Assembly (NCBI GenBank): GCA_951406725.2
Contig: OX597820.1
Coordinates: 3,410,001 to 3,474,000, forward strand
Source of the DNA: Octopus vulgaris
Taxonomy: Eukaryota
Direction of reading: 5' to 3'
Length of the DNA: 64,000 nucleotides
How positions within the stretch are numbered: the stretch's first letter is position 1; every line of letters begins with the position of its first letter. The notes beneath the pieces were generated by a model. The model ran no database searches. It saw nothing but the letters and a program-made list of their open reading frames with translations, and was not told the DNA's origin. This document shows, in pieces, positions 53,477 through 64,000 of the stretch. The position numbers were made by a program, and so were the translations under genes.

Positions 53477-54586
53477 CATATATATATATATAAATATATA
53501 TATACACATATATACACACACCCACACGCACGCGCGTACATATACATACATACAACAGAATATCCGCATGTATACACGGACACTATACGTGTACACACCC
53601 ATATGTACATACGTGCGCCCATCCCTACATACACATACGCATATGCCCACGCTTCCAGGTTTAGATATGAGATATTAAAGGATGTATATAAGAACGTATG
53701 TAAAGAATCACGCACTCACGTCTACACGTGCACGCACACACGGCTGTGTGTCCATATGTGCGTGCACATATACACTTACATACACACACAGAGACATACG
53801 CGCATATGGGTATAGCTATAAGATATTAAAAGATGTATACAAATAGGTGTAAACATATGACGCGAGTGCGTGTGTATGCTTATAGGCTTGTAGGCGTATA
53901 TGTACGCGTGTATATGGGTGTATGTATCCATGATGGTGTGTATGTACGAGATGACCAATTAATTCAAAGAACCAGATTAAACGCTCAACAGCTCTGATTT
54001 ACAACACATTAGGTCCCCAGACGAAACTGTTGATTTATTGACACCCAAAACTTCTACAACTAAATTTTATCAATCTCCTGACCACCATGTTTGGTCCGTA
54101 ACCTCTATACATCCCTTATCTTTATATTTTTTTATATTTTTTTACATTTTTATCATGTTTATTCCTATCTTTATTTTTTTACTTTTTACTTTTATTTCTA
54201 TTTCTATTTTTACTTTATAACCTTATGCCTTTACATTTATTTATATTTCTTTATATTTCTTTATATTCTTTATACCCCCTTTACATCTCCTTATATCTCT
54301 TTATATCTTTATGCTCTACATTTTTATATTTTTCTATACTTACACTTTTTATACATTTTTTATCCCTCGTCCTGAATTCTCGCCCCTCCATCCTCACGTC
54401 TATATATGTATTTATTTATTTACATTACTTCAACATCCAAATTTCCTCATTCTACATTGAGAGAAGAAAGAGATGGACGCTTCAATTCTATGCTGCTGCC
54501 GCATTATGTCGTACGCGAATGAGAAGATTTGCATCCCCAACCAAGAATTTTTGATGTAACACATGTCCTTGTGGAAGCTGTTGTGC

Positions 54587-54664
54587 GCGGCTGAAGAAGG
54601 CCACAGACATACATTATGCATTGTTATAAATCTGTCTAATAAAGGCCCGAAACATATGTACCGC
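54587..54664 (+). ncRNA. Type I hammerhead ribozyme candidate with canonical core
   Basis: GCGG-CTGAAGA-AGGCC..loop..GGCCC-GAAACATATGT-A-CCGC: stems I, II and III all pair; GUA cleavage triplet. Confidence 0.7.
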
Positions 54665-55783
54665 TGAATCCTTCGCATCATGTTTTTATTTTGATCAATT
54701 TACTCCACCACCTACACCACCAAACGGTATACACAGGTGCTTATAATTATCAAGTACTCACCCCGAATTTCTATACTATACACATATATATATATAAATA
54801 TATATACACACACACACACATATATATTTAATATATATATATTTAAAAATAAACATTAAGTACCGGGCATCACCAGCGAGTGAATAATACGTAAACAAAC
54901 AGAGATACGTACGGGACAAAATACCAAAAGAAGTCTAACTCCTTCTCAGTTGTCGACTGTCTATTACTTACTACCTGTTTCGAGCTTTCAACGTCAAGAC
55001 AGTAAAAATTCATAAGACAGCCGCATCCGGAAATTTTTAAACTATAAAATTTATGGAAAATTTGGGCTTCGAACGAACAAACGACACCAGAGTGGACGTA
55101 CAGAGTAATTTTTTCCCACGAGAGTTCTGGACCCTAGTTATGAATCATTTACATACGGCCAATCAGAGCTCAACTATCAAACTAATTTACGAGTGGCACA
55201 TAACAAGTGATGGACGATAAGATAAGGAATGACCATGTTTCTTTTCTCTTTTAAGAATGCTTCTTGTTCCTGTTCCAACCATGGCAGTCTCTGCGTAGTT
55301 ATTTGTGTTGTTGTTTACTTTGTAAAACAATGAGGGAAGAGGGTTGCTTGCACATCACCCTCTACCCACATTCTCCCCATCCACATCTTTACCATACGAA
55401 GCCCTAACAAAATCCGATAACAGGTATAGATGCAAACCCATCTAATTACTTGTCTCCTTCTAAAATCAGGCAGAACTTGGCGATCGGTCGTCTTATAAGA
55501 CCGCTCTTTGTCTTGAGTTTACCTGGTAGAGTGTGTTTGTTAACTTGACAACAAGGTCAAGGTGAGCACTGATTGGCTGTATGCAAATGAGTTCATTCCT
55601 GGGGCCCGGAACTCTCATGGGAAAAATTTTCGCGCGCAGGCAATACGATATATTGAGCAAAGCGTTTAATTTCACGTTGCTCTGCGATCACTTCGAAATC
55701 TGATGTGTGGCACACTTGTGTACCTGTACAGGTAATGTCGATTTAATGAAGGGAGTGAGCTAATGTGCTGCAAAACCAAGTAC

Positions 55784-55854
<71 letters not shown>

Positions 55855-56106
55855 TGTGTGTGTAATGTTACATCCGTTCATCCTCACACACATTCTGTAG
55901 CTTTCGGTTTTAGTTTCATTTTTACATAGAACGAACATTCACTTATGTCTGTAATTAATACAGGAATGCATACATACATACATTCACATACATACATACA
56001 TACATACATACATACATACATACATACATACATACATACATACATACATACATACATACATACATACATACATACATACATACATACATACACTCATGCA
56101 TTCATA

Positions 56107-56500
56107 TAGGAGTGGCTGTGTGGTAAGTAGCTTGCTTACTAACCACATAGTTCCGGGTTCAGTCCCACTGTGTGGCACCTTGGGTAAGTGCCTTCAACTA
56201 TAGCCTCGGGCCGACCAGAGCCTTGTGAGTGGATTAGGTAGACGGAAACTGAAAGAAGCCCGTCGTATATATATATATGTGTGTGTGTGTATATTTGTAC
56301 GTCCGTGTTTGTACCCCCACCAACGCTTGACAACCGATGCTGGTGTGTTTCCGATCACGTAACCTAGCGGTTCGGCAAAAGACACCGATAGAATAAGTAG
56401 TAGGCTTACAAAGAATAAGTCCTGGGATCGATTTGTTTCGACTAAAGGCGGTGCTCCAGCATGGCCGCAGTCAAATGACCGAAACAAATAAAAGAATAAA
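56107..56500 (+). mobile_element. SINE B, full length
   Basis: Head, core and tail present. Confidence 0.88.
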
Positions 56501-56521
56501 TAAATATATATACATACACAT

Positions 56522-57317
56522 ACATACGTACGTATGTATGTATGTATGTATGCATGCATGTATGTATGTATGCATGCATGATGTATGTATGTATGATGAT
56601 GTATGTATGTATGTATGTATGTATGTATGTATGTATGTATGTATGTATGTATGTATGTATGTATGTATGTATGTATGTATGTATGCATGCATGTATGTAT
56701 GTATGTATGTATGCATGTATGTGTGTATGTATGTATGTATGCATGTATGTATGTATGTATGTATGTATGTATGTATGTATGCATGCATGTATGTATGTAT
56801 GTATGTACATATGTATGTGTGTATGTATGTATGCATGTATGTATGTATGTATGTATGCATGCATGTATGTATGTATGTATGTATGTATGTATGTATGTAT
56901 GTATGTATGTATGTATGTATGTATGTATGTATGTATGTATGTATGTATAAATGAATGTATGAATGTATGTATGTATGTATGTATGTATGTATGTATGTAT
57001 GTATGTATGTATGTATGTATGTATGTATGTATGTATGTATGTATGTATGTATGTATGTATGTATGTATGTATGTATGTATGTATGTATGTATGTATGTAT
57101 GTATGTATGTATGTATGTATGTATGTATGTATGCATGCATGTATGTATGTATGTATGTATGTATGTATGTATGTATGTATGTATGTATGTATGTATGTAT
57201 GTATGTATGTATGTATGTATGTATGTATGCATGTATGTATGTATGTATGTATGTATGTATGTATGTATGTATGTATGTATGTATGTATGTATGTGATGTA
57301 TGTATGTATGTATGTAC

Positions 57318-57348
<31 letters not shown>

Positions 57349-57810
57349 TGTATGTATGTATGTATGCATGCATGTATGTATGTATGCATGTATGTATGTA
57401 TGTATGCATGCATGTATGTATGTATGTATGTATGTATGTATGTATGCATGCATGTATGTATGTATGTATGTATGTATGTATGTATGTATGCATGCATGTA
57501 TGTATGTATGTATGTATGTATGTATGCATGTATGTATGTATGTATGTATGTATGTATGTATGTATGTATGTATGTATGTATGTATGTATGTATGTATGTA
57601 TGTATGTATGTATGTATGTATGTATGTATGCATGTATGTATGTATGTATGTATGTATGTATGTATGTATGCATGCATGTATGTATGTATGTATGTATGTA
57701 TGTATGCATGCATGTATGTATGTATGTATGTATGTATGTATGTATGTATGTATGTATGTATGTATGTATGTATGTATGTATGTATGTATGTATGTATGTA
57801 TGTATGTATG

Positions 57811-57842
<32 letters not shown>

Positions 57843-58025
57843 TGTATGTATGTATGTATGTATGTATGTATGTATGTATGTATGTATGTATGTATGTATG
57901 TATGCATGTATGTATGTATGTATGTATGTATGTATGCATGCATGTATGTATGTATGTATGTATGTATGTATGTATGCATGCATGTATGTATGTATGTATG
58001 TATGTATGTATGTATGTATGTATGC
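56522..58025. repeat. ~1.5-kb (TATG)n tract with CATG variants
   Basis: Direct reading; source of the 500-580 aa spurious ORFs. Confidence 0.97.
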
Positions 58026-58044
58026 GTAGATATATGTATGTATG

Positions 58045-58328
58045 TGTTATATTAATTATATATATATATGTGTGTGTGTGTGTTATATTAATTATATATA
58101 TATATATGTGTGTGTGTGTGTTATATTAATTATATATATGTGTGTGTGTGTGTTATATTAATTATATATATGTGTGTGTGTGTGTTATATTAATTATATA
58201 TATATGTGTGTGTGTGTGTTATATTAATTATATATATATATGTGTGTGTGTGTGTTATATTAATTATATATATATATGTGTGTGTGTGTGTTATATTAAT
58301 TATATATATATGTGTGTGTTATATTAAT

Positions 58329-58359
<31 letters not shown>

Positions 58360-58520
58360 TATATTAATTATATATATATATATGTGTGTGTGTGTTATAT
58401 TAATTATGATTGCTATTTTCCAGTAAATATTGGTGCCTTGTTGTACCATTTATCTACTTATATATATATATATATACATATATGTTATATTAATTATGTG
58501 TGTGTCTGTGTGTTATATTA

Positions 58521-58525
<5 letters not shown>
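58045..58525. repeat. Compound minisatellite GTTATATTAATT-(AT)n-(GT)n
   Basis: More than 10 units with a fixed core and variable microsatellite lengths. Confidence 0.9.
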
Positions 58526-58569
<44 letters not shown>

Positions 58570-58844
58570 CCAACTCCTGAAAATTAGACATATCCGAAAT
58601 ACTCCCCAGAGAATACAAGCAACACACGGCTCCTGACTTTGCTTATCTCCAGAGCAAACTCCATCATAACAGGCGATTCTTTCATCCTCATCCTCATCCT
58701 CTTCATCCTCTTCTTCTTCCTCCAACTCATCTTCGTAGTTGTTAGTCTTGATGTTGTTGTTTTTATTTATTGTTATTTATATTTGTTATCATCGTGTTTG
58801 TATAGTTTCATGTGAGTATCTGAAAAAAAAGAAAAAGAGCATTT

Positions 58845-59165
58845 GGCTCTCCGTCGCTTGCGACGACGAGTGTTCCAGGTGAGCCGATCACCGGAACAGT
58901 CCTCTAGTGAAATTAACATGCAAGTGGCTGAGCATTCCACAGACACGTGGACCCTTAATGTAGTTCTCGGGGAGATTCAGCGTGACACACAGTGTGACAA
59001 GGCTGGCCCCTTTGAAATACAGGCACTAGTTATTTTTGCCAGCTGAATGGACTGGAGCAACGTGTAATAAAGTGTCTTGCTCAAGGACACAACGTGGTAC
59101 CGGGAATCGAACTCACGACCTTATGACCGTGAACCGAATACGCTAAGCACTAAGGCATGTGCCTT
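58845..59165 (-). mobile_element. SINE C-related copy
   Basis: Shares its 3' body with 42560-42740; has a tRNA-like head. Confidence 0.75.
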
Positions 59166-59809
59166 AACTGTGAGTATTTAGTCCGTCGTCAGCTGCTCCG
59201 TTGTGTGCTTGGGATGTAACTGTACCTTCGGGAGGGTTGCATAATTGCGTTTGTACACACACAGGTGTTGCATTGTTGTGAGGTTTCTTTCTTTCTTGCA
59301 GAGTCTCAGGTGTCTTAATCTTGCCTCATTAGAAACAGACAATAGAACCAAATCATTGCGATAGATTGTCCTAAGTTTGCACCAGTCACAACTCCAGGGA
59401 GACCGTCTCGTCTTCATTATGAGGATTTAAATAGCGAGAACACTCCCCCCTCCACTACGACCAGCGGATACAATGCGAATCGACAACAGTGAGAACTATC
59501 TCACCAAGAATCTTCTCATCATAACAGTGCCATTCCATCGAATTATGGAAGACGAGGAACAATCGGAGGCGACAGGAGATCGGTTGACTTGTTCCAAACA
59601 AAAATCTAAATTATCAAAAAGACAATAAAAAGCGAGAGGAAAGACACGCTTTACCTGAAGAGAAAACGCTTCACAGGTGAATCGTTAAAGTGTTGGACAA
59701 GATACAGAATACTTTATGTTCTGAAATCAAATCCACCCAGGTGCAATACGGCCTTTCATCTGCTTGGTGGGGTTGGTAAATAGCTGGTCTTGAAACTAAA
59801 CTAGAAGTT

Positions 59810-60020
59810 ACGGCAAGCTGGCAGAATCGTTAGCGAACTGGACAGAATGTCCAGCGGTATTTCCTCAGTCTTTACCTTCTCAGTTCAAATGCTGCCGAGG
59901 TCGACTTTACCTTTCATCTTTTCGGGGTCGAAAAAATAAGTACCAGTTGAATACTGGGGTAGGTGTAATCGACTAGTTCTCTTCCGTCAAATTCCAGGCC
60001 TTGTGCCAATTGTAGAAAGG
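59810..60020 (+). mobile_element. SINE A with (TTA)n tail
   Basis: Family motifs. Confidence 0.8.
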
Positions 60021-60036
60021 ATTATTATTATTATTA

Positions 60037-60077
<41 letters not shown>

Positions 60078-60080
<3 letters not shown>

Positions 60081-61032
60081 TAGTTTTATTTTTATTTTTA
60101 TAGCGTGCTTTCACTTCACTACCGGGCGCAGCTCTGTGTGCCTTGGGTATGTGCTGTGATTTGTTGTGATGCTCTGATGGTTATTGTATGGAAAGTGTTC
60201 TGCGTAGGATGTGGGCAGTGCCTAGTAGTGCAATTTTCTGTATGTTATATGTGTTTGTAAGTTTATATTATTGGGCATTGTTGTGTGGCTTCTATCTACA
60301 TTTTCCTGGTGTGTGTTTTCTTTTAGGTGTTCTATTTCTATTTCTGATATTTTTTTTGTGTTGAGAATGTATCTTCGTACGTTAGCTAATTTATTAGGGT
60401 TCATTGCTGTATCCAAGTCTATATCTCTATTATTTTCCTTCCATATTTTATATGTATGTGTTGTTGTATTTACATTTTTTGGGTAGAGTACTGCTGTGAA
60501 GTATGCGTGTAAGATAGAAATGTATTCCTCACGTGTCCATTTACGTCTTTTGGGTTTTATTTGCTGGACATGAGGTACAACGTCCGGCCCATTATTTTGA
60601 CGGTCGTCATTTTCGTAGGGTACCGGTCCGTTTATTTCTGTTGTCACATTATTTCGCACGTGTAGTTTTTCGTACATTTTTTGTTGTAAATTTAATGTAC
60701 GTACCGCTCGATTGTTATTCTTGGGTTGAATAGTATCGGTGGCATTTAATTTCTTCGTAGTTCCTTTGTACATGGTGTTTGGGGTCAGGGATGATCGTGA
60801 TGTTTCACGCATGTGTTGCGTTAGAGATGGAGATGATATCGAGTCAAAATACATCATTTCATTTCGAAAATAGTAATAAATTTCAATTAGTATTACTTAC
60901 TCGGGTACAGTCCAATTCTTTGTTAGTAAAACTTTGGCTCCATAGGATGTCCTTGTTTTCGATGTTTGTGGATAGGTTTCGGAGCTCTGAATTTTCCTTC
61001 TTACATCTTAAAAGTCCCCGGTGTTCTTCTTC
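60078..61032 (-). mobile_element. Internally deleted R4/Dong-like non-LTR element in (TAA)n
   Basis: N-terminal RRKWTREEYISILHAYF...KLANVRRYI...ISEIEIEHL joined at ~60265 to C-terminal NIQKIALLGTAHILRRTLSIQ* and 3' UTR; (TTA)n on both sides. Confidence 0.75.
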
Positions 61033-61683
<651 letters not shown>

Positions 61684-61684
<1 letters not shown>

Positions 61685-61900
61685 GGCGGTGAACTGGCAC
61701 AATGGTTAGCACGCCGGGCAAAATTCTAAGCGATATTTCATCCATCTTCACGTTCTGAGTTCAAATTCCACCGAGGTCGACTTTACCGTTCGTCCTTCCT
61801 GAGTCGATAAAATAAGTACCAGTTGAACACTGGGGTCGATGTAATTGTCTCCTCCTCCCACCCCACCCCGATCTGTCTGACCTTGTGCCAGAAGTTGAAA
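61684..61900 (+). mobile_element. SINE A
   Basis: Family motifs. Confidence 0.8.
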
Positions 61901-61911
61901 TCTTTGTTGAT

Positions 61912-62850
61912 AGTATTATTTATAACCCAGGTTTTGTTGTATCTCCTGGAGTCTTGCGTGCGTAGCGGGTTTTGCAGCCTACGGTACCATGTTATCTGTT
62001 CTTTTTAATATATCTGTTCTTTTTTAATTATCTAATACTTGCCTAATTATTCTGGCCGTGCCAAGGAGGCAAACCTTTCGTAGCAGTTCTATTCCGATTT
62101 CCCTTATATTCTTCTTGATGCCCTCCGATACCGTCTCCAGAGACCCAACAATAATTGGCACGTTATTATTATTATTATTTTGGTTTGGCTCAGGTTCGGT
62201 GTTATTCCTGGTAGGAATTATGTGGGTAGCGGGTTACTACCTGTAACCTTACGTATCCACACGTTTTCAGCGGTCTTTCAAACTCTTAGAACCCTCCTGG
62301 TAATCCTTGCTGTCCCTAAGAATCAAAATTTCTTTAGGGCCTCTACCAGGCAATCTCATTCAGCCATTTGTCTCTATCTTGGCTTACTGCTTCCAACGCA
62401 CCAATTATTATCGACACGACCTTTACTGTCCTCATGCTCTAAATTCTTCCTATTTCAAATTTTATGGGGTTGTATTTTCTTTGTTTTTTCGTCCCCTTCC
62501 TTTACGATCCTGGAATCAAACGAGTATGGTGGGTCGATAAGTAAGCAACTTCTCTTTTCCTTATCCATAATCACTATGTCCGGTCTATTATTTTCTAACT
62601 TCTTGTCCATTTGAATAGGAAAGTCTCACAAAATCCTACATTTCTCCGACTCCCGTACTCTTTCGACTCGATGATTGTACCATGTGTTTCTAGCGTCTTA
62701 TATTCTTCCTGTACCAACTTGGGGCATTCTTCCATAATGTGTGCCACTGTCTCGTTCCACATTCCACAGATTCTACATTCTTCTGACACATTCTCTCCAT
62801 ATTTTTTTCTCAAGTTGTTTGTTTTTATTGCTTGATCTTAGGCTGCTACA
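61912..62850 (-). mobile_element. Two tandem R4/Dong-like 3' fragments (CCHC plus restriction-like endonuclease)
   Basis: CRICGMWNETVAHIMEEC, FPIQMDKKLENNRPDIVIMDK..CLLID, LGTARITRRVL* with a (TAA)n tail at 62163-62178; second end ELLRKVCLLGTARIIRQVL. Confidence 0.8.
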
Positions 62851-62911
62851 ATTAGGCTCTCTTCTTCTTCTTCTTCTTTTTCTTCTTCTTCTTCTTCTTC
62901 TTCTTCTTCTT

Positions 62912-63002
<91 letters not shown>

Positions 63003-63619
63003 CTTTCATCTTTTCGGGGTCGATTAAATAAGTACCAGTTATTCACTGGGGTTGATGTAATCGACTTATACCCTTCTGCCAAATTTCAGGTCTTCTGCCC
63101 ACAGCAGAAAGAATTATTATCATCACCCTTCTTCTTCTTCTTCTTCTTCTTCTTCTTCTTCTTCTTCTTCTTCTTCTTCTTCTTCTTCTTCTTCTTCTTC
63201 TTCTTCTTCTTCTTGCTCTTAAGGCGGTTCCTTGTAGAACTTGTTCGCACACAGAACAAAATGCTTAGTAGCGTTTCGTTTGTCGTAACGTTCTGAGTTC
63301 AAATTCCGCTGAGGTCGACTTTGCCTTTCATCCTTCCGGGGTCGATAAGATAAGTACCAGATGAACGCTGTCAAAATTGCTGTCAAAATTTGAAACCAAT
63401 TTTATAATTACTCCTTGACTTGCTTCAGTCATTTCGCTGCGGCCATGCTGGAACACCACCTTGAACAATATACTTATGTTTATTTTATAGGTCAGAAGCT
63501 TTGGATTATCTCCTCCGAACAACAGATTACCGGAAGGCTTTTCCTCCAGAATTTAATTACGGTGAGATTCTTACAAGTTCCCATTATCTAAAAGTTGATA
63601 TCTTTCTCTTTGATTAATC

Positions 63620-63854
63620 TTTTACTCTTTTACTTGTTTTAGCCATTTGACTGCGGCCATGCTGGAGCACCGCCTTTAGTCGAGCAAATCGACCCCAGGA
63701 CTTAGTCTTTGTAAGCCTAGTACCTATTCTATTGGTCTCTTTTGCTGAACCGCTAAGTTACGGGGACGCAAACACACCACCATCGGTTGTCAAGCGATGT
63801 TGGGGTTGGTGGATAAATATAGACACACAAACATATACACCTACGCATACATAC

Positions 63855-63910
<56 letters not shown>

Positions 63911-64000
63911 ACGATGGGCTTCTTTCAGCTTCCATCTACCAAATCCACTCACAAGGCTTTGGTCGGACCAATGCTATAGTAGAAGACACTTGTCCAAAGT
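63620..64000 (-). mobile_element. SINE B (runs off the window)
   Basis: Family motifs. Confidence 0.85.

Noticed and set aside
56194-58129. ORFs of 400-580 aa (HTYI/MYVC repeats) and all similar YI/CV/HT/poly-I/poly-N ORFs
   Set aside because: They are translations of microsatellites that lack stop codons in those frames.
59300-59630. Strong acceptor TTTCTTTCTTTCTTGCAG followed by coding-looking sequence
   Set aside because: All three frames hit stops within ~65 nt of the acceptor and no homology was recognised; it may be a non-coding exon but is unsupported.

Overview
AT-rich eukaryotic (metazoan) DNA saturated with microsatellites and transposon debris. The SINE families and the (TA)n/(CA)n/(TATG)n/(TTA)n load look like an octopus/cephalopod genome, which is inference from repeat style. 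Nearly all long ORFs in the track are microsatellite translations. Real coding remnants come from mobile elements: Penelope-like elements (PLEs; RT plus GIY-YIG), CR1-group, RTE, R4/Dong and L1/Tx1-like LINEs, and Tc1/mariner transposases. There are also two probable solo LTRs, MITEs, Helitron-like ends and three tRNA-type SINE families. The only host-gene signal is a plus-strand exon at 28777-28877 encoding a signal-peptide-like N-terminus, with a possible upstream exon at 16539-16660. The most striking structure is a young 5'-truncated PLE (29632-33748) bracketed by ~622-bp inverted repeats with a ~38-nt 3' tail. It is accompanied by about a dozen minimal type I hammerhead-ribozyme-like motifs in PLE pseudo-LTR fragments, mostly next to (TA)n and several arranged as inverted pairs. 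All coordinates and alignments were read by eye; no searches were run.
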